A stretch of DNA of 64,000 bases from positions 128,749-192,748 of the forward strand of contig VRVR01000024.1 in assembly GCA_009859145.1 (NCBI GenBank), in the 5' to 3' direction. A program made the position numbers and the translations under genes. Positions 1-9,556 of this stretch are shown here, piece after piece (within the stretch, counting starts at the first letter, position 1; each line of letters opens with the position of its first letter). A model generated the notes under the pieces. The model was given only the letters and a program-made list of their open reading frames with translations. It was not told the origin of the DNA and made no database searches. The stretch comes from Andalucia godoyi And28. Lineage: Eukaryota; Protista; Jakobida.

Positions 1-10
1 ACTTGTTGAT

Positions 11-373
11 TTGGAAAATGCAATGAACGCCAAAAGCGTTCGAGAGTTTGACGAGTACGTTACTCGGAGGATATTTGGTTTTAAGAATGTGGACGAGTAT
101 TACGAGGCCGCATCTCCCGTCAAATTCATCCACGAAGTGAAGACGCCGTTGCTGTGCATCAATGCCGTCGATGACCCAGTTGCCCCCGTGCAGTTCTTGC
201 CACGGAGTGTTGTGCAGGAGGAGACCGCAGATGTTGCATTGGTGGAAACTTCGCACGGGAGCCACTTGTCTTTTATCACCGGTACTGCCTTCAAAGTTGA
301 CAATGTAAGTGCAGCCGATCGAATGATCTGTCGGTTCTTCCACAAGTTCCTTTTTGCCAGCAATCACGAATAA
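11..373 (+). CDS. C-terminal part of an alpha/beta hydrolase (YheT/ABHD1-3 family); gene extends left of the window
   Basis: Motifs GFKNVDEYYEAAS, PLLCINAVDDP (catalytic Asp) and HGSHLSF (catalytic His); ends in TAA. Confidence 0.8.
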   Translation: MENAMNAKSVREFDEYVTRRIFGFKNVDEYYEAASPVKFIHEVKTPLLCINAVDDPVAPVQFLPRSVVQEETADVALVETSHGSHLSFITGTAFKVDNVSAADRMICRFFHKFLFASNHE

Positions 374-697
374 TCATATCAGACGACCGGTATCACACAA
401 CATCAGATCTCAAAATGAAGCCCGTCTTGCAGAGAGAAAGAGAGAGTGTGTGTGGACCATCCCCCACGTCGCACACTGATCACACGCAGACTACAAAGTG
501 CAGAAGCGCATCTTTACGAGCAACTGAACTAGAAGCAAACACCAAAACTATAAACGAAAATTAAAAAGAAAAAGTGAAAAAGTAAAAAATGTCTGTGGAG
601 GGTGCATTAGGCTTTGGTGGGAATTGCCTCCATCTTCGGATCCAATTTTCCTGGAAGCGCCCATTGCCAATCTCTTCTTCTTCTGTTTATTTTATTT

Positions 698-698
<1 letters not shown>

Positions 699-730
<32 letters not shown>
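699..730. repeat. (TA)n microsatellite
   Basis: Directly visible upstream of the LRR gene. Confidence 0.95.
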
Positions 731-733
<3 letters not shown>

Positions 734-795
734 CCCCACATTGATTTCATCACCAACAAATTACGTGCCGTTTTTCTCCAAAGGGGTTCCCGCAG

Positions 796-1989
796 ATGTC
801 ACGATCCTTTGTGCAAAAGGATTCTAATGGGTATCGAATATCGTATGCTTTTCGAGAGCTGACATCCGTTCCAGTTCATTCGGATTCTCGCATTCTCCAC
901 ATGGTTTATGCTGCGGATTTTTCACACAACAATATTTCGCAAGTTCAAAATCTGTCCGTGTACACTTCCTTGCGAGAGCTTGTGTTGGATTCAAACAAAT
1001 TGACGCATTTTGTCGAACTCCCGTTTATGCCATATTTGGAGCTTTTATGGGCAAATGATAACTTGATATCAAACCTCACGGCGTTTATTGATCGGATTTC
1101 AAAATCAGCACCATCACTCAAGTTCTTCAGCATGATGAAAAACGAGGCATGTCCAAACTATTTTGTGGAGAACGGCAGTCCGCAACTGTACCGAGAATTC
1201 CGCCTGTTTGTGATTGCACGACTGCCTGGCCTTCTGATGCTGGACGACACTGAGATAGCCGATGATGAAAGACGGGAAGCTGTGGCAAGTAAGAACAGAG
1301 TTTTTCAGTTGGTTGATGCAGACGCAGAAAGACGAAGACAGGAATCAATTAGAACCGAGAAGGACAAAGCGACCAAAGTCCCGCCGACTCCAGTCGTTCC
1401 GCGATCGACTGCAGTGCCAACTCTTGCACCGCAGCCTCCACGGAATCCAAGAATCGCAACCAACATCGACGATGATGGATGGGATAGCGAAAGCTCTGGT
1501 TCGAGCTGGGGTTCCAGTTCGGATGAGGATCACAAGCCACTGACTGCGAAACAACAACAACGGCGAAGAGCTCCACAGCGGAAACCGAGAAGCATCACAG
1601 AAGAGGTGCCGCCACTCGATCTCGAGTTGCCTACACCAACACCGCAAGACTCCGAGTCGAGTTTTAGCAGTGAGAATGGGCAGCAGCAACAGCAACAGCA
1701 TCAGCAAGAGCCAGAAAATGCAAAGACCGATGGGTTGTCGGATGCATCATTTGGAATTTCGCTGCCAGACTTTGATCCAGAGGCGCCCATCGAGTGGCAG
1801 CTATCCAGTGGTGTGCAGATCGCAGCAGGAGACGATGGAGATGACTGGACGGATTCTGAGGATGAAAGCGGAAACAAGAAGAGACGCAGGCGACCAAAGA
1901 AGGCCGATCCACTTGTGGAAGAACTCAAACGGAAACTCACAAGTAAGGGCAAATCCAAAGAGAGGGCGAACCCGGAGAATTCGACGTGA
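796..1989 (+). CDS. Leucine-rich repeat protein, LRMDA/C10orf11-like, with acidic low-complexity C-terminal tail
   Basis: N-terminal LRRs (DFSHNNI, LVLDSNKL, LWANDNLI), LRR cap KNEACPN...YREFRLFVIARLPGLLMLD as in LRMDA. A cccgcag acceptor directly before the ATG suggests a 5' intron. Confidence 0.75.
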   Translation: MSRSFVQKDSNGYRISYAFRELTSVPVHSDSRILHMVYAADFSHNNISQVQNLSVYTSLRELVLDSNKLTHFVELPFMPYLELLWANDNLISNLTAFIDRISKSAPSLKFFSMMKNEACPNYFVENGSPQLYREFRLFVIARLPGLLMLDDTEIADDERREAVASKNRVFQLVDADAERRRQESIRTEKDKATKVPPTPVVPRSTAVPTLAPQPPRNPRIATNIDDDGWDSESSGSSWGSSSDEDHKPLTAKQQQRRRAPQRKPRSITEEVPPLDLELPTPTPQDSESSFSSENGQQQQQQHQQEPENAKTDGLSDASFGISLPDFDPEAPIEWQLSSGVQIAAGDDGDDWTDSEDESGNKKRRRRPKKADPLVEELKRKLTSKGKSKERANPENST

Positions 1990-2065
1990 ACTCTTGCTGC
2001 GGATTGCAGATTGCAGGTTGCGGACGCGACACGTTTTTTGGCAGTGGAGCACACGAGGGGGCTTT

Positions 2066-3397
2066 TCAAGTGGTCCATTTTGCTACGTCGCGCTCGTATG
2101 CGGCTAGCGCGCTCTCTTTGACCTTGTCAAACGCCTCCCGTGCCATCCACGTACTTTGAGTCTGCACTCGATTGCACTGATCTCCTAACCACCGGATGAG
2201 ATACTCCGAGTCATCGTAGAACGCATGCCCCTTTCCGTTGAATAGCATGCAGTTGTACAGCATAACGATGACATCGGCGAGAAACATGTAGAAGGAACGG
2301 TAGTAGTCTCCGGATTTCAGACGGTTTCTTATAATATTCAAATCCATTGGCAGTCGAATCTTTTCTCCATACCCCTCGTAGAGCTGGATAATCTCATCCA
2401 CGGACTGATGGAAGGGAAAAGCCTTGTCATGCTGGACCAGTGCATCAAAAATGCGTTGCAGGTAAAAATGCAGCTGGACCCTACGCTCCAAGATAGTTTC
2501 CTTGTCCCCCGATCCTTCAATTGAAGAAGAAAAGCGAGCAGAGACAATGCGCTTCTTGGACGCTTCCGAAAGGCCAGGAATCTCAGCGGCTACCGCAACC
2601 CTTCTCGAATCACCAAATGTCTTTGACGGAGCCGTCATCTTTGGCCAGACATTCAGCAAGTACTGGCGCTGCAGATGAACAATGTCTGTAATCGCACGAT
2701 AGTCAATCCCCTCGCGAATTACGCATTCCATGAGTGTTGCTTTCACATAATCTTTAATTCGTCCCTTCCACACATCATGGGCCAGCGTGATTTGCTTTGT
2801 GAATCCAAGGCGCGAAAAGAAACCAATTGCAGTGTCGTCGGCATATGTCAAGAACCGTGTAACCCGCGGATTTAGCGAATGCAAGCACTCGTGCTTCAGC
2901 CGGTTCATCATGCGAGCACCAACACCTTTGAGATTCTTCGTCTTGTCAAATCCACGATACACGACGCAAAACACAATCTCTCCAAAATTGCATTCTGGCG
3001 TGTAAAACGGACGGAACGTGATCCCACCAATGACAATGTCGCGGAATTTTGCAACAATGGTCAAATGTCGCGGATCATACAGAATCCGCAGAATATATCC
3101 GGCACCCATTTCCGGGAGCTGTTTGTTAATCGCATGCTTCAGAGCAAATAAAATGAAGTTCGATCTATGCGATCCGTCGTTCCGAACCATTTCAAACTGC
3201 AATTCTCCAGACTCTTCTAATTGCGCACCGGCTTCATCGAAATGCGGCTCTTCATAACAAGCTTCTTTGGTCGTGAGTTTTCGAACTTCCGCAACGTTCA
3301 CGAGTCCCGCAGAATCTGCCCGCAGCTTCTCAACCACTGTTGTGTCGACTACAACCTTGCCAGTTTTCTGTCGTTTGGCCGGCGGAGCTGCATACAT
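2066..3397 (-). CDS. GCN5: Histone acetyltransferase GCN5 (HAT domain plus bromodomain)
   Basis: QLPEMGAGYILRILYD, GEIVFC (catalytic Glu), FLTYADDTAIGFFSRLGF, WKGRIKDY..ATLMEC; C-terminal bromodomain (PMDL...NCMLFN). Start placed at MYAAPPAKRQK (3397), not at the ORF-track start. Confidence 0.95.
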   Translation of the reverse strand: MYAAPPAKRQKTGKVVVDTTVVEKLRADSAGLVNVAEVRKLTTKEACYEEPHFDEAGAQLEESGELQFEMVRNDGSHRSNFILFALKHAINKQLPEMGAGYILRILYDPRHLTIVAKFRDIVIGGITFRPFYTPECNFGEIVFCVVYRGFDKTKNLKGVGARMMNRLKHECLHSLNPRVTRFLTYADDTAIGFFSRLGFTKQITLAHDVWKGRIKDYVKATLMECVIREGIDYRAITDIVHLQRQYLLNVWPKMTAPSKTFGDSRRVAVAAEIPGLSEASKKRIVSARFSSSIEGSGDKETILERRVQLHFYLQRIFDALVQHDKAFPFHQSVDEIIQLYEGYGEKIRLPMDLNIIRNRLKSGDYYRSFYMFLADVIVMLYNCMLFNGKGHAFYDDSEYLIRWLGDQCNRVQTQSTWMAREAFDKVKESALAAYERDVAKWTT

Positions 3398-4145
3398 TAA
3401 CAGAAACGTTCCAAAAAAATACGAAAAGAAAAAGGGAGACGAGGAAACAGGAGTTGAAGAAACAATCGGCAAAAATAGAAAATGGTAAGCAATCAGCAGG
3501 TCAGACGTGCACAACCTTGGACGGCAGAAAAATCAAAACAGAAAAACACACGTACGATTTGACATTCACGGAGTCTCAAAACCCTGGAAATCGGTTCACA
3601 CGCCTTCGGTAATGCAATGTCGGTAGACTGCCGTCTTCGTAGGCAAATTAATAAAAAGTGCAGATTGCAGAAGCGTTCTCTTTTGGCTGCAGACGACGAA
3701 AAACCCTGGTCCCAGAAAAACCCTGCCAAACAGGTTTCTACAGCTGGTCGTAGGATTTACAACCGTTGCTGCTCGTTTTGCGAAGTTGACGTCATCCATC
3801 GTCCGCCGTTGGAGCATGGCCGTAACTATGAAGCGTTGATACGTCATTTTGTTTTCGCCTGTGCCAATTTTGAAGGAAGTACCGGGACGTCAGAGGGCGA
3901 GGGCATTGAAAATGCAAAAGTGAAAAATTAAAAAAATAATTTACATTCTTTTTTTTCTTCCATTGGAAGAGATGGATGAGTAGTCGGCTGGCTCATATGA
4001 AATCTGTACATGTCATTACTGTTGTGGCCGATCACATATCGAGGAAAGCTCGAAATGGTTGTTTTGAAAACAACAATCGTCATAATCAACTGCTGAAATG
4101 GAACAACAACAACAAAGACAGCGACAACAAACCAAATGTGTATCC

Positions 4146-4367
4146 TTATTGTTGTCGAGGGCTGACTGTGCATTCATTAAACTGATGTACTAATCTGCCG
4201 AAGCGTCTGTTTCGAATGCCTGTAGAAAAGAAGAACACGCTTCGGTCCATGATTGCCGAGTTTCTTCTTCGATGACCAGGAACTCCTCCGCCTGCCCCAA
4301 GCTCATTTGCTTCGGGTCGAAGATGATCAGCAGTCGCAGGATCTTGAACTGTTGTTACTTGATGCAT
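4146..4367 (-). CDS. Possible small hypothetical protein (73 aa)
   Basis: GC-richer island between AT-rich tracts, A-rich context before ATG; no recognisable motif; reading frame uncertain. Confidence 0.25.
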   Translation of the reverse strand: MHQVTTVQDPATADHLRPEANELGAGGGVPGHRRRNSAIMDRSVFFFSTGIRNRRFGRLVHQFNECTVSPRQQ

Positions 4368-4850
4368 TTTTTCTTCTCTTGGGTTCTTCTAGGAGACTGT
4401 CGATGTTCTCTATCTCAGAAGAGAATACTGGAAAGAATATGGAAAAAAAACAACAACAGAAAAACAAAAACAAAAAACACTAAAACTAAAACTTGCTCTT
4501 TGTGCTTTCTTTAAATATGAACTTGGGAAAATCTAAAGAAAGTGTGTAAAAAGAAAAGAATCGAAAATGAACGAAGCACGGCCAGCTTTGGCGGCGTGTT
4601 AAAAACGGTCGAGCTTGACGTCCTTTTCTCTTCGTGTGGACGAGTAGAAGTGCAGATTCACTTCAACCGACGTGCTTCCCGCCGGCGGGGAATTCCACCG
4701 AGAGTCCAACTTTTCCGCTGTAGATAGACAGAGGATGTGGAAAAGGTGAGGAGATCCCTACGACAGGAGCAAGCATGACCAGCCTTGGTCGTCTCCGTCA
4801 TTGGACAGAATAAGCCAATGAAAAAAGAATGCATGCATGTGCTATGTGAG

Positions 4851-5330
4851 TCAGTAATGTAGAGAGTGGACACCGGCATAAACAACGAGGACGCAGAAGA
4901 CCAGGACAATCACTGCGAATGCCGATCCAATGATGCAACCTTCCGTTCTCATGGATCTCTGCATTGCTAGAGCATCCTCATAAGTAAAAGTATCTTCATC
5001 GTCGTGCAAAAAGCGTACTTGCGGGTTTGAAGTCGGCACTTCACGAGACGACGATCCATCCACATGGACAACGGACGAAACCTCGGAGTATTTGTCATTA
5101 CTTGCATCGGCATGTGAACCTTGTGCGGCGCTACCGGAACCGGACGACAACATGGACGCAGAAGACGTCGACGTCGACGTTGTTTCTCCTGTTCGTCTCG
5201 TTGTTGCGCCAGCTGTTGGTGATGACGGTGACGAGACGGACTGGTACTTTTGCACGGGACCCATCTCATGGTCATGGATATGCCGAAGGCTGCGATCTAG
5301 CGGTGGACTTGATGATGTTGACTGGTACAT
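4851..5330 (-). CDS. Hypothetical tail-anchored membrane protein (about 159 aa)
   Basis: Ser/Thr-rich disordered N-terminus and a single C-terminal hydrophobic helix (IIGSAFAVIVLVFCVLVVYAGV); start at MYQSTSS. Confidence 0.6.
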   Translation of the reverse strand: MYQSTSSSPPLDRSLRHIHDHEMGPVQKYQSVSSPSSPTAGATTRRTGETTSTSTSSASMLSSGSGSAAQGSHADASNDKYSEVSSVVHVDGSSSREVPTSNPQVRFLHDDEDTFTYEDALAMQRSMRTEGCIIGSAFAVIVLVFCVLVVYAGVHSLHY

Positions 5331-5856
5331 GACATTCAAAAACAAAACAAAACAAAACACAAACAACAAAAGAGAAAGCGTCTGGATACGGAAGAAACAG
5401 GAATGAATCGTGAGAGAGAGCGCACGCGTGAGAGTGGAGAGAGACGGAAGATGTCAAGCAAATCGCATGAATGGCAGAATGACAATTCTTCACGTCCGTG
5501 TCTTTTTAACGGAGCAAGCAAAGCAAAAAACAACGACAAAAAAAAAACAAGCAAAAACTGACGCCCACTACGAGTTCTGCAAATGATGAAAGCAGCCAGC
5601 GGACGGTATGAATCTCCTGATCCCTAGATCTCTAGATGTTTGGATTTCTGGAACAGAATCCAAAAAGGAATGCTTGAGGAATTCAGCTTTGCGAATTGAC
5701 CAAGAGCCTCGAATCTCGATTGTCGAACACAAGCGGTGGAAACTTAGGGAAGTCTGTGTGAGAAGCGAAGCAATCGACAGCCGTCGACACTATATAATTG
5801 TACAGACTGTGGAGCCTGTTCCGCATGGCGTGTGCTTCATGTTTCGTTCTGCCTCT

Positions 5857-5871
5857 TCGTCGTCGTCGTCG

Positions 5872-5915
<44 letters not shown>
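5857..5915. repeat. (TCG)n(TCA)n trinucleotide microsatellite
   Basis: Directly visible about 70 nt upstream of the NifS-SelD start codon. Confidence 0.95.
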
Positions 5916-5983
5916 TTGTCTTTTCTTTTTCTTTTTCATTCTTGTTTCCACAGTTGGGTTGTTGACTGGACTCGATTGAAGGG

Positions 5984-8272
5984 ATGGGATCTGAATTTGT
6001 GTATCTTGATTACAATGCAACGACTCCGATTGACGAGCTTGTAGGCCGCGCGATGCAGCCTTTTTTGTTTGGGCATTTCGGGAATCCGTCATCTTCGCAT
6101 GTTCTTGGCGCGGAGACAAAGGCCGCTGTTGAACATGCCCGAAAGCAAGTCGCAGAGATGATTGGGTGTTTTCCAGATGAAATTGTATTCGTTTCTTGCG
6201 GATCAGAAGCAAATAATCTTGCCATTACAGGCATTTTTCATGGAATTCGGTCGACGGACAAGTCGAAAAATCACATCATCACGAGTGCGGTGGAGCATCC
6301 CGCCGTCTTGGAGGTGTGCAAGTACTTGGAGGAATATGAAGGTTTGAAAGTCACGATTCTTCCTGTCGATGAGTTCGGCATGGTGAATCCCAATGACGTG
6401 AGGAGCGCAATACGCCCCGGTGCGACATTTTTGATCTCCATTATGCATTCTAACAATGAAGTGGGAACGCGACAGCCAATTGCGGAAATTTCAAGAATTG
6501 CAAGAGATTCCGGTGTTTTGATGCATACCGACGCGGCGCAGTCGATCGGAAAAGAACAGGTGGATGTTCGGGAACTTGGAGTGGATCTGTTGACTGTTGT
6601 CGGACACAAGTTTTATGCTCCAAAGGGAGTCGGGGCGTTGTACATCCGCCGCGGAGTTGACAAGCTTATGCACAAGGTCATGCACGGTGCAGGACACGAA
6701 AAGAATCGCAGAGCCGGTACCGAGAATGTGATTCATGTAGTGGGAATTGGAAAGGCTGCGGAACTCGTTGTGTTACACGTTAATCGGGATCGAGCGCACA
6801 TGACTGAAATGCGGGATTTGCTGCACAAGTTGCTGGTAGATGAGTTGGGTTTGAAATACGTCAAGCTTAATGGCCACCCAACTCTGAGATTGTCGTCAAC
6901 ACTGAGCATTGCGTTTCGAGGGGTTAACGCTCAGTTGATCATCGCTGCACTGAAGGACTCAGTTGGAGTCTCTGCAGGCGCAGCGTGCCACTCGGATACG
7001 GTTACGATTTCTTCTGTTCTTTTGGCCATGAATGTTTCGCAGTCGGACGCAGTCGGAACAATCCGATTTTCCGTGGGTCGGTATACGACTGCCGAAGAAA
7101 TCCACCTCGCTGCCAATCGAATTGCAGATGTTGTGAAACCGCTGCTGCCCGACCATGTCGAAGATTCAGATGCGCTCTGCGAGCTCGGTGATGGGGTTTC
7201 TGGGTTGGAAATGAAGCTTACATCATCAACTTCTGGTCTTGGTTGCGGTTGCAAGTTGCGCCCGCAGGCGCTGGAGCGGGCGCTGCGAGGAGTCCAGTTC
7301 AAGGTTGACGAAAACGTTTTGGTTGGCATATCGACATCCGACGATGCGGGTGTGTATCGCATTTCCGATGAGTTGGCGCTTGTCCTGACTGTCGATTTCT
7401 TTACGCCTATTGTCGACGATCCGTTTGAATTTGGCGAGATCGCGGCGGCCAATGCCTTGTCTGATGTCTACGCCATGGGCGGTACGCCAATGTGCGCGTT
7501 GTCCATCGTAGGGTTTCCATCGTCACGACTTCCCCTGCAAGCTCTGACGAAAATATTACAGGGTGCGCAAAAGGTTGCTGACGAAGCACGATGCATCATT
7601 ATCGGGGGCCACACGATTGACGACCAGGAACCGAAGTTTGGATTGTCGGTGACTGGCCGTGTTCATCCGGATCGTATTTGGAGAAACGGGGGCATGCGTG
7701 GGGGGGATGTGTTGTTATTGACGAAGCCTCTTGGAGTGGGAATAATTTCTACGGCAGTGAAAAACGGCCGTGCGTCCTCTGCAATTGCAAAATTGGCTGC
7801 GGAGTCCATGAAGTCGTTGAACCGCGACGCGTCGTACAGTGTCCAGGATTGGGAGAAAGAGGTCGGTCGGTCTGTTGTGCATGCTTGCACTGACGTCACT
7901 GGTTTTGGATTCATTGGTCATTTAATAGAAATGTGCAAGGCGTCGCAGGATGTATCTGTCAAGATATCTTTCAAGGCGGTTCCGCTGATTGAGGGCGTTG
8001 AGGAACTTGCACAACAGGGCTCGATTCCTGGTGGTACGAAGAATAACTTGCTGCATGCGGAGTCCGCGTTGTCCTTTGCATCTTCAGTTGCAGATTATCA
8101 GAAACTCATTTTGTGTGACGCACAAACTTCCGGCGGACTGCTGTTCGCGGTTGCTGCAGAGGATGTTGCAAGCCTGATGAAACGGTTTGCATTGAACCGA
8201 ATTCCAGTTTGGGAAGTTGGATGTGTTGTTCCTCGAGTCCCCGGAGGTACTCTCATTGCTGTGGATTCATGA
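5984..8272 (+). CDS. Fusion protein: NifS/selenocysteine-lyase-like PLP enzyme plus selenophosphate synthetase (SelD/SPS, Cys-type)
   Basis: N half: YLDYNATTP, HTDAAQSIGK, VGHKFYAPKG (PLP Lys), RAGTEN, SAGAACHS (catalytic Cys). C half: GCGCKL, DDAGVY, TVDFFTPIVDDP, ANALSDVYAMGG, GGHTI, TDVTGFG, DAQTSGGLL. One uninterrupted 762-aa ORF. Confidence 0.95.
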   Translation: MGSEFVYLDYNATTPIDELVGRAMQPFLFGHFGNPSSSHVLGAETKAAVEHARKQVAEMIGCFPDEIVFVSCGSEANNLAITGIFHGIRSTDKSKNHIITSAVEHPAVLEVCKYLEEYEGLKVTILPVDEFGMVNPNDVRSAIRPGATFLISIMHSNNEVGTRQPIAEISRIARDSGVLMHTDAAQSIGKEQVDVRELGVDLLTVVGHKFYAPKGVGALYIRRGVDKLMHKVMHGAGHEKNRRAGTENVIHVVGIGKAAELVVLHVNRDRAHMTEMRDLLHKLLVDELGLKYVKLNGHPTLRLSSTLSIAFRGVNAQLIIAALKDSVGVSAGAACHSDTVTISSVLLAMNVSQSDAVGTIRFSVGRYTTAEEIHLAANRIADVVKPLLPDHVEDSDALCELGDGVSGLEMKLTSSTSGLGCGCKLRPQALERALRGVQFKVDENVLVGISTSDDAGVYRISDELALVLTVDFFTPIVDDPFEFGEIAAANALSDVYAMGGTPMCALSIVGFPSSRLPLQALTKILQGAQKVADEARCIIIGGHTIDDQEPKFGLSVTGRVHPDRIWRNGGMRGGDVLLLTKPLGVGIISTAVKNGRASSAIAKLAAESMKSLNRDASYSVQDWEKEVGRSVVHACTDVTGFGFIGHLIEMCKASQDVSVKISFKAVPLIEGVEELAQQGSIPGGTKNNLLHAESALSFASSVADYQKLILCDAQTSGGLLFAVAAEDVASLMKRFALNRIPVWEVGCVVPRVPGGTLIAVDS

Positions 8273-8504
8273 CACTGTCTCGCCGACATGTGGATGGGTA
8301 GAGGTGAGTCGGGAGAGAGCCTTGCAAAGAATCAGCTATTGAGTGTCTGCACCGTTTCGACTTATTGCGATATGATGAAGCAATCTAAAGCGCACGCAAA
8401 ACAAACACACTGCCACGCGCCCATGCGCATGCGTCTGTCATCTTAATCAACTCCGTCACACGATGCCCCGATTCGTTTCGCTCCCATTTTGATCATGAAA
8501 TCCT

Positions 8505-9076
8505 TATATAAATACGCCGCCGCGTTGCATTCTCGCACAGCGACGCTCATTTCTTATATTGTCCATGCAACGCACCATGTACGTCACACCCGCAACGCTG
8601 CGCAAGACCCATGACATCTCCACCGCCACCGGAACGATCCGCAGCATCCACGCCGGGGTCCCGTCGCATGCACAGCCTCGCACACGTCGAACGCGCAATC
8701 ACCGCCTGTTTCGTTGCCCGCCACAACGGACAGCGCAGCGCCGAACACAGACGCAAAAGAGCCCGCGGCGAGAGCAGCGAAAGTGAAGATGCACCCGTTT
8801 GCAGCTGGATATGACCGCTCGATCGCATGATCGAGGTCGGGCCCAAAGTCGTCGAAGATCGCCCAGGCGACAGCTGCCCATCGTGCACATGCACGATCGA
8901 CCGCGATTGGAAATGGTGCGCCCAGCATCTATATCTATCTTGAGAACGTCCCTCATGCCGAGGGGCGTGTTGGGGGCCTACCCCCTTCCCAATCAATGTC
9001 ATGCATGTTGTTGGGCTGCAACATTGATTATGGGTGATCAGCGATGATTGTCCGTGATTCATGTACAACGTAGGCG
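8505..9076 (+). mobile_element. Diverged copy (C) of dispersed repeat family
   Basis: Shares colinear blocks with 63124-63983 (reverse strand): attgtc(c)atgca, aRatgcaccc, gattggRaa..g.gcgc, catctat, ggcgtgttgggggcctaYccc, and terminal aaYgtaggcg. Left boundary approximate. Confidence 0.6.
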
Positions 9077-9556
9077 TTCACTTTGTATTATTGTCTTTTA
9101 CATTCTACAACGCCTGCTTTCAAAATGCCAAAAAAAATAAATAAATAAATAAATAATGTAAAGTCTGCTGTTGTCAATTTCACTGCCCCGACCTGCGCCA
9201 TGACAACCCCCCTCCCCCAGACTGCAAAAGCGATCTTCAAAACCACTCCAATTGCATATCTTTTGAAGAATGCCGTCCTGCACGGGACATTCGGGGTGTG
9301 GGAGAAACGCAGCTGACAGTACCGACAGGCCATTAGGATGGACGATCGACAGTTTCTGTTGACTATAACTGCAGACATCCAGTCGAGACACGAGAGAGTC
9401 CTCGCGGGACGGGCGATGTGCGCAGTGTTTGCATTTGGCGCACAAAAGGAGGAAAAAGAAGAAAAATATATATAAAAAGAAACAATTGAAGCAACATTCG
9501 CCAGGTGAGCTTGCTATGAAGTTTCGCCGATGGGCACGAACAGCCATCTTTGCAGC

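Noticed and set aside
4770-4812. Hairpin beginning ATGAC on the minus strand resembling a SECIS element
   Set aside because: The 3' side lacks the GA needed for the non-Watson-Crick quartet, and the upstream gene has no selenoprotein features.
5583-5650. ATGATGA...CTGA, a possible C/D-box snoRNA
   Set aside because: Only 38 nt from C box to CTGA, no terminal stem and no second canonical D box.
8273-8330. Hairpin downstream of the NifS-SelD stop codon as a SECIS or readthrough signal
   Set aside because: The catalytic position is Cys (TGC), the TGA falls at the normal SelD end, and no SECIS core is present.
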